The notes beneath the pieces were generated by a model. It saw nothing but the letters and a program-made list of their open reading frames with translations, searched no databases and was not told the DNA's origin. The translations under genes and the position numbers were made by a program. Shown in pieces: positions 38,001 to 53,700 of a DNA stretch of 64,000 nt. This DNA is from Azolla caroliniana (Eukaryota; Plantae; Polypodiophyta). The stretch covers positions 1-64,000 of the forward strand of contig JBHGNT010000038.1 of assembly GCA_043228905.1 (NCBI GenBank), given 5' to 3'. Position 1 is the first letter of the stretch. Each line of letters begins with the position of its first letter.

Positions 38001-41000
38001 CGAAATTACCAAATTTGAGGAGTGAGTTGAGAGGAGCCCTTGAGTAAATTATAATGTTCATACCTGGTTCGTGTGATATCGGATTTTTGTGTTCAAACAT
38101 GCGAATCGAAGCTAATAACGCTAGCTATGATATGGAATTAAAAAATCAAGATTTTGCAACTCAAGTCAAGAGACATGAAGAAATTACCAAATTTGAGGAG
38201 TGAGGTTGGAAGAGCGCGTCAGTGAATTAAAATGTTCATACCTGGCTCGTGTGATATCGGATTTTTGTGTTCAAACATGCGAATCGAAGCTAACAACGCT
38301 AGCTATGATATGGAATAAAAAAAACAAGATTTTCAAACTCAGGTCAAGAGACATGACGAAATTAGCAAATTTGAGGAGTGAGTTGAGAGGAGCCCTTGAG
38401 TAAATTAAAATGGTCATACCTAGAGAGTGTGATATCGGATTTTTGTGTACAAACATGCGAATCGAAGCTAACAACGCTAGCTATGATATGGAATTAAAAA
38501 ATCAAGATTTTGAAACTTACGTCGAGAGATATGACGAAATTAGCAAATTTGAGGAGTGAGTTGAGAGGAGCCCTTGAGTAAATTAAAATGGTCATACCTA
38601 GCGAGTGTGATATCGGATTTTTGTGTTCAAACATGCGAATCTAAGCTAACAACGCTAGCTATGATATGGAATTAAAAAATCAAGATTTTGAAACTCAGGT
38701 CGAGAGACATGACGAAATTACCAAATTTGAGGAGCGAGTTAAGAAGAGCTATTAGGTACATTACAATGTTCATACCTGGCTCGTGTTCATACCTGGCTCG
38801 TGTGATATGGAAGCTAACAAGGCTAGCTATGATATGGAATTAAAAAATCAAGATTTTGCAACTCAAGTCGAGAGACATGAAGAAATTACCAAATTTGAGG
38901 AGTGAGGTTGGAAGAGCGCGTGAGTGAATTAAAATGTTCATACCTGGTCGTGTGATATCGGATTTTTGTGTTCAAACATGCGAATCGAAGCTAACAACGC
39001 TAGCTATGATATGGAATTACAAAATCAAGATTTTGAAACTCCAGTCGAGAGACATGATGAAATTACCAAATTTGAGGTGGGAGTTGAGAGGGGCCCTTGA
39101 GTAAATTAAAATGTTCATACCTAGCTCGTGTGATATCGGATTTTTGTGTTCAAACATGCGAATCGAAGCTAACAACGCTAGCTACGACATCGAATAAAAA
39201 AAAAGAAGATTTTGAAACTCAGGTCAAGAGACATGACGAAATTAGCAAATTTGAGGAGTGAGTTGAGAGGAGCCCTTGACTAAATTAAAATGTTCATACA
39301 TAGCGAGTGTGATATCGGATTTTTGTGTACAAACATGCGAATCGAAGCTAAAAACGCTAGCTATGATATGGAATTAAAAAATCAAGATTTTGAAACTCAG
39401 GTCGAGAGACATGACGAAATTACCAAATTTGAGGAGGGAGTTGAGAGGGGCCCTTGAGTAAATTAATATGTTCATACCTAGCTCGTGTGATATCGGATTT
39501 TTGTGTTCAAACATGCGAATCGAAGCTAACAATGCTAGCTATGATATGGAATTAAAAAATCAAGATTTTGAAACTCAGGTCGAGAGACATGAAGAAATTA
39601 CCAAATTTGAGGAGGGAGTTAAGAAGAGCTATTAGGTAAATTACAATGTTCATACCTGGCTCGTGTGATATCGGATTTTTGTGTTCAAACATTGGAATCG
39701 AAGCTAACAACGCTGGGTATGATATAGAATTAAAAAATCAAGATTTTGAAACTCAGGTCGAGAGACATGACGAAATTACCAAATTTGAGGAGTGAGTTAA
39801 GAAGAGCTATTAGGTAAATTATAATGTTCATACCTAGCTCGTGTGATATCGGATTTTTGTGTTCAAACATCCGAATCGAAGCTAACAACGCTAGCTATGA
39901 TATGGAATTAAACAATCAAGATTTTGAAACTAAGGTCGAGAGACATGACGAAATTAGCAAATTTGAGGAGTGAGTTGAGAAGAGCCCTCGAGTAAATTAA
40001 AATGGTCATACCTAGCGAGTGTGATATCGGTTTTTTGTGTACAAACATGCGAATCGAAGCTAACAATGCTAGCTATGATATGGAATTAAAAAATCAAGAT
40101 TTTGAAACTCAGGTCGAGAGACATGAAGAAATTACCAAATTTGAGGAGTGAGGTTGGAAGAACGCGTGAGTGAATTAAAATGTTCATACCTGGCTCGTGT
40201 GATATCGGATTTTTGTGTTCAAACATGCGAATCGAAGCTAACAACGCTAGCTATGATATGGAATAAAAAAAACAAGATTTTCAAACTCAGGTCAAGAGAC
40301 ATGACGAAATTAGCAAATTTGAGGAGTGAGTTGAGAGGAGCCCTTGAGTAAATTAAAATGGTCATACCTAGAGAGTGTGATATCGGATTTTTGTGTACAA
40401 ACATGCGAATCGAAGCTAACAACGCTAGCTATGATATGGAATTAAAAAATCAAGATTTTGAAACTTACGTCGAGAGATATGACGAAATTAGCAAATTTGA
40501 GGAGTGAGTTGAGAGGAGCCCTTGAGTAAATTAAAATGGTCATACCTAGCGAGTGTGATATCGGATTTTTGTGTTCAAACATGCGAATCTAAGCTAACAA
40601 CGCTAGCTATGATATGGAATTAAAAAATCAAGATTTTGAAACTCAGGTCGAGAGACATGACGAAATTACCAAATTTGAGGAGCGAGTTAAGAAGAGCTAT
40701 TAGGTACATTACATTGTTCATACCTGGCTCGTGTGATATCGGTTTTTTGTGTTCAAACATGCGAATCGAAGCTAACAATGCTAGCTATGATATGGAATTA
40801 AAAAATCAAGATTTTGAAACTCAGGTCGAGAGACATGACGAAATTTCCAAATTTCAGGAGGGAGTTGAGAAGAGCTAGTAGGTAAATTATAATGTTCATA
40901 CCTGGTTCGTGTGATATCGGATTTTTTTGTTCAAACATTCGAATCGAAGCTAACAACGCTAGCTATGATATGGAATTACAAAATCAAGATTTTGAAACTC

Positions 41001-44000
41001 CAGTCGAGAGACATGATGAAATTACCAAATTTGAGGAGGGAGTTGAGAGGGGCCCTTGAGTAAATTAAAATGTTCATACCTAGCTCGTGTGATATCGGAT
41101 TTTTGTGTTCAAACATGCGAATCGAAGCTAACAACGCTAGCTACGACATGGAATAAAAAAAAAGAAGATTTTGAAACTCAGGTCAAGAGACATGACGAAA
41201 TTAGCAAATTTGAGGAGTGAGTTGAGAGGAGCCCTTGACTAGATAAAAATGTTCATACCTAGCTCGTGTGATATCGGATTTTTGTGTTCAAACATCCGAA
41301 TCGAAGCTAACAACGCTAGCTATGATATGGAATTAAAAAATCAAGATTTTGAAACTAAGGTCGAGAGACATGACGAAATTACCAAATTTGAGGAGTGAGT
41401 TGAGAGGAGCCCTCGAGTAAATTAAAATGGTCATACCGAGCGAGTGTGATATCGGTTTTTTGTGTACAAACATGCGAATCGAAGCTAACAATGCTAGCTA
41501 TGATATGGAATTAAAAAATCAAGATTTTGAAACTCAGGTCGAGAGACATGAAGAAATTACCAAATTTGAGGAGGGAGTTAAGAAGAGCTATTAGGTAAAT
41601 TACAATGTTCATACCTGGCTCGTGTGATATCGGATTTTTGTGTTCAAACATTGGAATCGAAGCTAACAACGCTAGGTATGCTATAGAATTAAAAAATCAA
41701 GATTTTGAAACTCAGGTCGAGAGACATGACGAAATTACCAAATTTGAGGAGTGAGTTAAGAAGAGCTATTAGGTAAATTATAATGTTCATACCTGGCTCG
41801 TGTGATATCGCATTTCTGTGTTCAAACATGCGAATCGAAGCTAATAACGCTAGCTATGATATGGAATGAAAAAATCAAGATTTTGAAACTCAGGTCGAGA
41901 GACATGACGAAATTACCAAATTTGAGGAGGGAGTTGAGAGGGGCCCTTGAGTAAATTAATATGTTCATACCTAGCTCGTGTGATATCGGTTTTTTGTGTA
42001 CAAACATGCGAATCGAAGCTAACAACGCTAGCTATGATATGGAATTAAAAAATCAAGATTTTGAAACTCAGGTCGAGAGACATGACGAAATTACCAAATT
42101 TGAGGAGTGAGTTGAGAGGAGCCCTTGAGTAAATTATAATGTTCATACCTGGTTCGTGTGATATCGGATTTTTGTGTTCAAACATGCGAATCGAAGCTAA
42201 TAACGCTAGCTATGATATGGAATTAAAAAATCAAGATTTTGCAACTCAAGTCAAGAGACATGAAGAAATTACCAAATTTGAGGAGTGAGGTTGGAAGAGC
42301 GCGTGAGTGAATTAAAATGTTCATACCTGGCTCGTGTGATATCGGATTTTTGTGTTCAAACATGCGAATCGAAGCTAACAACGCTAGCTATGATATGGAA
42401 TAAAAAAAACAAGATTTTCAAACTGAGGTCAAGAGACATGACGAAATTAGCAAATTTGAGGAGTGAGTTGAGAGGAGCCCTTGAGTAAATTAAAATGGTC
42501 ATACCTAGAGAGTGTGATATCGGATTTTTGTGTACAAACATGCGAATCGAAGCTAACAACGCTAGCTATGATATGGAATTAAAAAATCAAGACTTTGAAA
42601 CTCAGGTCAAGAGACATGACGAAATTACTAAATTTGAGGAGGGAGTTGAAAGGGGCCCTTGAGTAAATTAAAATGGTCATACCTAGCTCGTGTGATATCG
42701 GATTTTTGTGTTCAAACATGCGAATCGAAGCTAACAACGCTAGCTACGACATGGAATAAAAAAAAAGAAGATTTTGAAACTCAGGTCGAGAGACATGACG
42801 AAATTACCAAATTTGAGGAGTGAGTTAAGAAGAGCTATTAGGTAAATTATAATGTTCATACCTGGCTCGTGTGATATCGGATTTCTGTGTTCAAACATGC
42901 GAATCGAAGCTAATAACGCTAGCTATGATATGGAATTAAAAAATCAATATTTTGAAACTCAGGTCGAGAGACATGACGAAATTAGCAAATTTGAGGAGTG
43001 AGTTGAGATGAGCCCTTGAGTAAATTAAAATGTTCATACATAGCGAGTGTGATATCGGATTTTTGTGTACAAACATGCGAATCAAAGCTAACAACGCTAG
43101 CTATGATATGGAATTAAAAAATCAAGATTTTGAAACTCAGGTCGAGAGACATGACGAAATGACCAAATTTGAGGAGTGAGTTGAGAGGAGCCCTTGAGTA
43201 AATTATAATGTTCATACCTGGTTCGTGTGATATCGGATTTTTGTGTTCAAACATGCGAATCGAAGCTAATAACGCTAGCTATGATATGGAATTAAAAAAT
43301 CAAGATTTTGCAACTCAAGTCAAGAGACATGAAGAAATTACCAAATTTGAGGAGTGAGGTTGGAAGAGCGCGTGAGTGAATTAAAATGTTCATACCTGGC
43401 TCGTGTGATATCGGATTTTTGTGTTCAAACATGCGAATCGAAGCTAACAACGCTAGCTATGATATGGAATAAAAAAAACAAGATTTTCAAACTCAGGTCA
43501 AGAGACATGACGAAATTAGCAAATTTGAGGAGTGAGTTGAGAGGAGCCCTTGAGTAAATTAAAATGGTCATACCTAGAGAGTGTGATATCGGATTTTTGT
43601 GTACAAACATGCGAATCGAAGCTAACAACGCTAGCTATGATATGGAATTACAAAATCAAGATTTTGAAACTCAGGTCGAGAGACATGAAGAAATTACCAA
43701 ATTTGAGGAGTGACGTTGAGAGGAGCCCTTGAGTAAATTAAAATGGTCATACCTAGCGAGTGTGATATCGGATTTTTGTGTACAAACATGCGAATCGAAG
43801 CTAACAATGCTAGCTATGATATGGAATTAAAAAAACAAGATTTTGAAACTCAGGTCGAGAGACATGACGAAATTACCAAATTTGAGGAGTGAGTTGAGAG
43901 GAGCCCTTGAGTAAATTAAAATGGTCATACCTAGCGAGTGTGATATCGGATTTTTGTGTACAAACATGCGAATCGAAGCTAACAACGCTAGCTATGATAT

Positions 44001-47000
44001 GGAATTAAAAAATCAAGATTTTGAAACTTACGTCGAGAGATATGACGAAATTAGCAAATTTGAGGAGTGAGTTGAGAGGAGCCCTTGAGTAAATTAAAAT
44101 GGTCATACCTAGCGAGTGTGATATCGGATTTTTGTGTTCAAACATGCGAATCTAAGCTAACAACGCTAGCTATGATATGGAATTAAAAAATCAAGATTTT
44201 GAAACTCAGGTCGAGAGACATGACGAAATTACCAAATTTGAGGAGCGAGTTAAGAAGAGCTATTAGGTACATTACAATGTTCATACCTGGCTCGTGTGAT
44301 ATCGGTTTTTTGTGTTCAAACATGCGAATCGAAGCTAACAATGCTAGCTATGATATGGAATTAAAAAATCAAGATTTTGAAACTCAGGTCGAGAGACATG
44401 ACGAAATTTCCAAATTTCAGGAGGGAGTTGAGAAGAGCTAGTAGGTAAATTATAATGTTCATACCTGGTTCGTGTGATATCGGATTTTTTTGTTCAAACA
44501 TTCGAATCGAAGCTAACAACGCTAGCTATGATATGGAATTACAAAATCAAGATTTTGAAACTCCAGTCGAGAGACATGATGAAATTACCAAATTTGAGGA
44601 GGGGGTTGAGAGGGGCCCTTGAGTAAATTAAAATGTTCATACCTAGCTCGTGTGATATCGGATTTTTGTGTTCAAACATGCGAATCGAAGCTAACAACGC
44701 TAGCTACGACATGGAATAAAAAAAAAGAAGATTTTGAAACTCAGGTCAACAGACATGACGAAATTAGCAAATTTGAGGAGTGAGTTGAGAGGAGCCCTTG
44801 ACTAAATTAAAATGTTCATACATAGCGAGTGTGATATCGGATTTTTGTGTACAAACATGCGAATCGAAGCTAAAAACGCTAGCTATGATATGGAATTAAA
44901 AAATCAAGATTTTGAAACTCAGGTCGAGAGACATGACGAAATTACCAAATTTGAGGAGGGAGTTGAGAGGGGCCCTTGAGTAAATTAATATGTTCATACC
45001 TAGCTCGTGTGATATCGGATTTTTGTGTTCAAACATGCGAATCGAAGCTAACAATGCTAGCTATGATATGGAATTAAAAAATCAAGATTTTGAAACTCAG
45101 GTCGAGAGACATGAAGAAATTACCAAATTTGAGGAGGGAGTTAAGAAGAGCTATTAGGTAAATTACAATGTTCATACCTGGCTCGTGTGATATCGGATTT
45201 TTGTGTTCAAACATTGGAATCGAAGCTAACAACGCTAGGTATGATATAGAATTAAAAAATCAAGATTTTGAAACTCAGGTCGAGAGACATGACGAAATTA
45301 CCAAATTTGAGGAGTGAGTTAAGAAGAGCTATTAGGTAAATTATAATGTTCATACCTGGCTCGTGTGATATCGGATTTTTGTGTTCAAACATCCGAATCG
45401 AAGCTAACAACGCTAGCTATGATATGGAATTAAAAAATCAATATTTTGAAACTAAGGTCGAGAGACATGACGAAATTAGCAAATTTGAGGAGTGAGTTGA
45501 GATGAGCCCTCGAGTAAATTAAAATGGTCATACATAGCGAGTGTGATATCGGATTTTTGTGTACAAACATGCGAATCGAAGCTAACAACGCTAGCTATGA
45601 TATGGAATTAAAAAATCAAGATTTTGAAACTCAGGTCGAGAGACATGACGAAATTACCAAATTTGAGGAGTGAGTTGAGAGGAGCCCTTGAGTAAATTAT
45701 AATGTTCATACCTGGTTCGTGTGATATCGGATTTTTGTGTTCAAACATGCGAATCGAAGCTAATAACGCTAGCTATGATATGGAATTAAAAAATCAAGAT
45801 TTTGCAACTCAAGTCAAGAGACATGAAGAAATTACCAAATTTGAGGAGTGAGGTTGGAAGAGCGCGTGAGTGAATTAAAATGTTCATACCTGGCTCGTGT
45901 GATATCGGATTTTTGTGTTCAAACATGCGAATCGAAGCTAACAACGCTAGCTATGACATGGAATAAAAAAAAACAAGATTTTGAAACTCAGGTCAAGAGA
46001 CATGACGAAATTAGCAAATTTGAGGAGTGAGTTGAGAGGAGCCCTTGACTAAATTAAAATGTTCATACATAGCGAGTGTGATATCGGATTTTTGTGTACA
46101 AACATGCGAATCGAAGCTAAAAACGCTAGCTATGATATGGAATTAAAAAATCAAGATTTTGAAACTCAGGTCGAGAGACATGACGAAATTAGCAAATTTG
46201 AGGAGGGAGTTGAGAGGGGCCCTTGAGTAAATTAATATGTTCATACCTAGCTCGTGTGATATCGGATTTTTGTGTTCAAACATGCGAATCGAAGCTAACA
46301 ACGCTAGCTATGATATGGAATTAAAAAATCAAGATTTTGAAACTCAGGTCGAGAGACATGACGAAATTACCAAATTTGAGGAGGGAGTTGAGAGGAGCCC
46401 TTGAGTAAATTAAAATGGTCATACCTAGAGAGTGTGATATCGGATTTTTGTGTACAAACATGCGAATCGAAGCTAACAACGCTAGCTATGATAAGGAATT
46501 AAAAAATCAAGATTTTGAAACTCAGGTCGAGAGACATGACGAAATTACCAAATTTGAGGAGTGAGTTAAGAAGAGCTATTAGGTAAATTATAATGTTCAT
46601 ACCTGGCTCGTGTGATATCGGATTTCTGTGTTCAAACATGCGAATCGAAGCTAACAACGCTAGCTATGATATGGAGTAAAAAAAACAAGATTTTGAAACT
46701 CAGGTCGAGAGACATGACGAAATTACCAAATTTGAGGAGTGAGTTGAGAGGAGCCCTTGAGTAAATTAAAATGGTCATACCTAGCGAGTGTGATATCGAA
46801 TTTTTGTGTACAAACATGCGAATCGAAGCTAACAACGCTAGCTATGATATGGAATTAAAAAATCAAGATTTTGAAACTTACGTCGAGAGATATGACGAAA
46901 TTAGCAAATTTGAGGAGTGAGTTGAGAGGAGCCCTTGAGTAAATTAAAATGGTCATACCTAGCGAGTGTGATATCGGATTTTTGTGTTCAAACATGCGAA

Positions 47001-50000
47001 TCTAAGCTAACAACGCTAGCTATGATATGGAATTAAAAAATCAAGATTTTGAAACTCAGGTCGAGAGACATGACGAAATTACCAAATTTGAGGAGCGAGT
47101 TAAAAAGAGCTATTAGGTACATTACAATGTTCATACCTGGCTCGTGTGATATCGGTTTTTTGTGTTCAAACATGCGAATCGAAGCTAACAATGCTAGCTA
47201 TGATATGGAATTAAAAAATCAAGATTTTGAAACTCAGGTCGAGAGATATGACGAAATTAGCAAATTTGAGGAGTGAGTTGAGAAGAGCTAGTAGGTAAAT
47301 TATAATGTTGATACCTGGTTCGTGTGATATCGGATTTTTTTGTTCAAACATTCGAATCGAAGCTAACAACGCAAGCTATGATATGGAATTACAAAATCAA
47401 GATTTTGAAACTCCAGTCGAGAGACATGATGAAATTACCAAATTTGAGGAGGGAGTTGAGAGGGGCCCTTGAGTAAATTAAAATGTTCATACCTAGCTCG
47501 TGTGATATCGGATTTTTGTGTTCAAACATGCGAATCGAAGCTAACAACGCTAGCTACGACATGGAATAAAAACAAAGAAGATTTTGAAACTCAGGTCAAG
47601 AGACATGACGAAATTAGCAAATTTGAGGAGTGAGTTGAGAGGAGCCCTTGACTAAATTAAAATGTTCATACATAGCGAGTGTGATATCGGATTTTTGTGT
47701 ACAAACATGCGAATCGAAGCTAAAAACGCTAGCTATGATATGGATTTAAAAAATCAAGATTTTCAAACTCAGGTCGAGAGACATGACGAAATTACCAAAT
47801 TTGAGGAGGGAGTTGAGAGGGGCCCTTGAGTAAATTAATATGTTCATACCTAGCTCGTGTGATATCGGATTTTTGTGTTCAAACATGCGAATCGAAGCTA
47901 ACAATGCTAGCTATGATATGGAATTAAAAAATCAAGATTTTGAAACTCAGGTCGAGAGACATGAAGAAATTACCAAATTTGAGGAGGGAGTTGAGAGGAG
48001 CCCTTGAGTAAATTAAAATGGTCATACCTAGAGAGTGTGATATCGGATTTTTGTGTTCAAACATTGGAATCGAAGCTAACAACGCTAGGTATGATATAGA
48101 ATTAAAAAATCAAGATTTTGAAACTCAGGTCGAGAGACATGACGAAATTACCAAATTTGAGGAGTGAGTTAAGAAGAGCTATTAGGTAAATTATAATGTT
48201 CATACCTGGCTCGTGTGATATCGGATTTCTGTGTTCAAACATGCGAATCGAAGCTAATAACGCTAGCTATGATATGGAATTAAAAAATCAATATTTTGAA
48301 ACTCAGGTCGAGAGACATGACGAAATTAGCAAATTTGAGGAGTGAGTTGAGATGAGCCCTTGAGTAAATTAAAATGTTCATACATAGCGAGTGTGATATC
48401 GGATTTTTATGTACAAACATGCGAATCGAAGCTAACAACGCTAGCTATGATATGGAATTAAAAAATCAAGATTTTGAAACTCAGGTCGAGAGACATGACG
48501 AAATTACCAAATTTGAGGAGTGAGTTGAGAGGAGCCCTTGAGTAAATTATAATGTTCATACCTGGTTCGTGTGATATCGGATTTTTGTGTTCAAACATGC
48601 GAATCGAAGCTAATAACGCTAGCTATGATATGGAATTAAAAAATCAAGATTTTGCAACTCAAGTCAAGAGACATGAAGAAATTACCAAATTTGAGGAGTG
48701 AGGTTGGAAGAGCGCGTGAGTGAATTAAAATGTTCATACCTGGCTCGTGTGATATCGGATTTTTGTGTTCAAACATGCGAATCGAAGCTAACAACGCTAG
48801 CTATGATATGGAATAAAAAAAACAAGATTTTCAAACTCAGGTCAAGAGACATGACGAAATTAGCAAATTTGAGGAGTGAGTTGAGAGGAGCCCTTGAGTA
48901 AATTAAAATGGTCATACCTAGAGAGTGTGATATCGGATTTTTGTGTACAAACATGCGAATCGAAGCTAACAACGCTAGCTATGATATGGAATTAAAAAAT
49001 CAAGACTTTGAAACTCAGGTCAAGAGACATGACGAAATTACTAAATTTGAGGAGGGAGTTGAGAGGGGCCCTTGAGTAAATTAAAATGGTCATACCTAGC
49101 TCGTGTGATATCGGATTTTTGTGTTCAAACATGCGAATCGAAGCTAACAACGCTAGCTACGACATGGAATAAAAAAAAACAAGATTTTGAAACTCAGGTC
49201 AAGAGACATGACGAAATTAGCAAATTTGAGGAGTGAGTTGAGAGGAGCCCTTGACTAAATTAAAATGTTCATACATAGCGAGTGTGATATCGGATTTTTG
49301 TGTACAAACATGCGAATCGAAGCTAAAAACGCTAGCTATGATATGGAATTAAAAAATCAAGATTTTGAAACTCAGGTCGAGAGACATGACGAAATTAGCA
49401 AATTTGAGGAGGGAGTTGAGAGGGGCCCTTGAGTAAATTAATATGTTCATACCTAGCTCGTGTGATATCGGATTTTTGTGTTCAAACATGCGAATCGAAG
49501 CTAACAACGCTAGCTATGATATGGAATTAAAAAATCAAGATTTTGAAACTCAGGTCGAGAGACATGACGAAATTACCAAATTTGAGGAGGGAGTTGAGAG
49601 GAGCCCTTGAGTAAATTAAAATGGTCATACCTAGAGAGTGTGATATCGGATTTTTGTGTTCAAACATTGGAATCGAAGCTAACAACGCTAGGTATGATAT
49701 AGAATTAAAAAATCAAGATTTTGAAACTCAGGTCGAGAGACATGACGAAATTACCAAATTTGAGGAGTGAGTTAAGAAGAGCTATTAGGTAAATTATAAT
49801 GTTCATACCTGGCTCGTGTGATATCAGATTTCTGTGTTCAAACATGCGAATCGAAGCTAATAACGCTAGCTATGATATGGAATTAAAAAATCAATATTTT
49901 GAAACTCAGGTCGAGAGACATGACGAAATTAGCAAATTTGAGGAGTGAGTTGAGATGAGCCCTTGAGTAAATTAAAATGTTCATACATAGCGAGTGTGAT

Positions 50001-50789
50001 ATCGGATTTTTGTGTACAAACATGCGAATCGAAGCTAACGACGCTAGCTATGATATGGAATTAAAAAATCAAGATTTTGAAACTCAGGTCGAGAGACATG
50101 ACGAAATTACCAAATTTGAGGAGTGAGTTGAGAGGAGCCCTTGAGTAAATTATAATGTTCATACCTGGTTCGTGTGATATCGGATTTTTGTGTTCAAACA
50201 TGCGAATCGAAGCTAATAACGCTAGCTATGATATGGAATTAAAAAATCAAGATTTTGCAACTCAAGTCAAGAGACATGAAGAAATTACCAAATTTGAGGA
50301 GTGAGGTTGGAAGAGCGCGTGAGTGAATTAAAATGTTCATACCTGGCTCGTGTGATATCGGATTTTTGTGTTCAAACATGCGAATCGAAGCTAACAACGC
50401 TAGCTATGATATGGAATAAAAAAAACAAGATTTTCAAACTCAGGTCAAGAGACATGACGAAATTAGCAAATTTGAGGAGTGAGTTGAGAGGAGCCCTTGA
50501 GTAAATTAAAATGTTCATACATAGCGAGTGTGATATCGGATTTTTGTGTACAAACATGCGAATCGAAGCTAACAACGCTAGCTATGATATGGAATTAAAA
50601 AATCAAGATTTTGAAACTCAGGTCGAGAGACATGACGAAATTACCAAATTTGAGGAGGGGGTTGAGAGGGGCCCTTGAGTAAATTAAAATGTTCATACCT
50701 AGCTCGTGTGATATCGGATTTTTGTGTTCAAACATGCGAATCGAAGCTAACAACGCTAGCTATGATATGGCATTAAAAAATCAAGATTT

Positions 50790-53700
50790 TGAAACTCAGG
50801 TCGAGAGACATGACGAAATTACCAAATTTGAGGAGGGAGTTGAGAGGAGCCCTTGAGTAAATTAAAATGGTCATACCTAGAGAGTGTGATATCGGATTTT
50901 TGTGTTCAAACATTGGAATCGAAGCTAACAACGCTAGGTATGATATAGAATTAAAAAATCAAGATTTTGAAACTCAGGTCGAGAGACATGACGAAATTAC
51001 CAAATTTGAGGAGTGAGTTAAGAAGAGCTATTAGGTAAATTATAATGTTCATACCTGGCTCGTGTGATATCGGATTTCTGTGTTCAAACATGCGAATCGA
51101 AGCTAATAACGCTAGCTATGATATGGAATTAAAAAATCAATATTTTGAAACTCAGGTCGAGAGACATGACGAAATTAGCAAATTTGAGGAGTGAGTTGAG
51201 ATGAGCCCTTGAGTAAATTAAAATGTTCATACATAGCGAGTGTGATATCGGATTTTTGTGTACAAACATGCGAATCGAAGCTAACAACGCTAGCTATGAT
51301 ATGGAATTAAAAAATCAAGATTTTGAAACTCAGGTCGAGAGACATGACGAAATTACCAAATTTGAGGAGTGAGTTGAGAGGAGCCCTTGAGTAAATTATA
51401 ATGTTCATACCTGGTTCGTGTGATATCGGATTTTTGTGTTCAAACATGCGAATCGAAGCTAATAACGCTAGCTATGATATGGAATTAAAAAATCAAGATT
51501 TTGCAACTCAAGTCAAGAGACATGAAGAAATTACCAAATTTGAGGAGTGAGGTTGGAAGAGCGCGTGAGTGAATTAAAATGTTCATACCTGGCTCGTGTG
51601 ATATCGGATTTTTGTGTTCAAACATGCGAATCGAAGCTAACAACGCTAGCTATGATATGGAATAAAAAAAACAAGATTTTGAAACTCAGGTCAAGAGACA
51701 TGACGAAATTAGCAAATTTGAAGAGTGAGTTGAGAGGAGCCCTTGAGTAAATTAAAATGGTCATACCTAGAGAGTGTGATATCGGATTTTTGTGTACAAA
51801 CATGCGCATCGAAGCTAACAACGCTAGCTATGATATGGAATTAAAAAATCAAGACTTTGAAACTCAGGTCAAGAGACATGACGAAATTACTAAATTTGAG
51901 GAGGGAGTTGAGAGGGGCCCTTGAGTAAATTAAAATGGTCATACCTAGCTCGTGTGATATCGGATTTTTGTGTTCAAACATGCGAATCGAAGCTAACAAC
52001 GCTAGCTACGACATGGAATAAAAAAAATCAAGATTTTGAAACTCAGGTCAAGAGACATGACGAAATTAGCAAATTTGAGGAGTGAGTTAAGAAGAGCTAT
52101 TAGGTAAATTAAAATGTTCATACCTGGCTCGTGTGATATCGGATTTTTGTGTTCAAACCTGTGAATCGAAGCTAACAACGCTAGGTATGATATGGAATTA
52201 CAAAATCAAGATTTGGAAACTCCAGGCGAGAGACATGACGAAATTACCAAATTTGAGGAGTGAGGTTGGAAGAGCGCGTGAGTGAATTAAAATGTTCATA
52301 CCTGGCTCGTGTGATATCGGATTTTTGTGTTCAAACATGCGAATCGAAGCTAACAACGCTAGCTATGATATGGAATTAAAAAATCAAGATTTTGAAACTC
52401 AGGTCAAGAGACATGACGAAATTAGCAAATTTGAGGAGTGAGTTGAGAGGAGCCCTTGAGTAAATTAAAATGGTCATACATAGCGAGTGTGATATCGGAT
52501 TTTTGTGTACAAACATGCGAATCGAAACTAACAACGCTAGCTATGATATGGAATTAAAAAATCAAGATTTTGAAACTCAGGTCGAGAGACATGACGAAAT
52601 TACCAAATTTGAGGAGGGAGTTGAGAGGGACCCTTGAGTAAATTAAAATGGTCATGCCTAGCGAGTGTGATATCGGATTTTTGTGTACAAACATGCGAAT
52701 CGAAGCTAACAACGCTAGCTATGATATGGAATTAAAAAATCAAGATTTTGAAACTCAGGTCGAGAGACATGACGAAATTACCAAATTTGAGGAGGGAGTT
52801 GAGAGGAGCCCTTGAGTAAATTAAAATGGTCATACCTAGAGAGTGTGATATCGGATTTTTGTGTTCAAACATTGGAATCGAAGCTAACAACGCTAGGTAT
52901 GATATAGAATTAAAAAATCAAGATTTTGAAACTCAGGTCGAGAGACATGACGAAATTACCAAATTTGAGGAGTGAGTTAAGAAGAGCTATTAGGTAAATT
53001 ATAATGTTCATACCTGGCTCGTGTGATATCGGATTTCTGTGTTCAAACATGCGAATCGAAGCTAATAACGCTAGCTATGATATGGAATTAAAAAATCAAT
53101 ATTTTGAAACTCAGGTCGAGAGACATGACGAAATTAGCAAATTTGAGGAGTGAGTTGAGATGAGCCCTTGAGTAAATTAAAATGTTCATACATAGCGAGT
53201 GTGATATCGGATTTTTGTGTACAAACATGCGAATCGAAGCTAACAACGCTAGCTATGATATGGAATTAAAAAATCAAGATTTTGAAACTCAGGTCGAGAG
53301 ACATGACGAAATTACCAAATTTGAGGAGTGAGTTGAGAGGAGCCCTTGAGTAAATTATAATGTTCATACCTGGTTCGTGTGATATCGGATTTTTGTGTTC
53401 AAACATGCGAATCGAAGCTAATAACGCTAGCTATGATATGGAATTAAAAAATCAAGATTTTGCAACTCAAGTCAAGAGACATGAAGAAATTACCAAATTT
53501 GAGGAGTGAGGTTGGAAGAGCGCGTGAGTGAATTAAAATGTTCATACCTGGCTCGTGTGATATCGGATTTTTGTGTTCAAACATGCGAATCGAAGCTAAC
53601 AACGCTAGCTATGATATGGAATAAAAAAAACAAGATTTTGAAACTCAGGTCAAGAGACATGACGAAATTAGCAAATTTGAAGAGTGAGTTGAGAGGAGCC

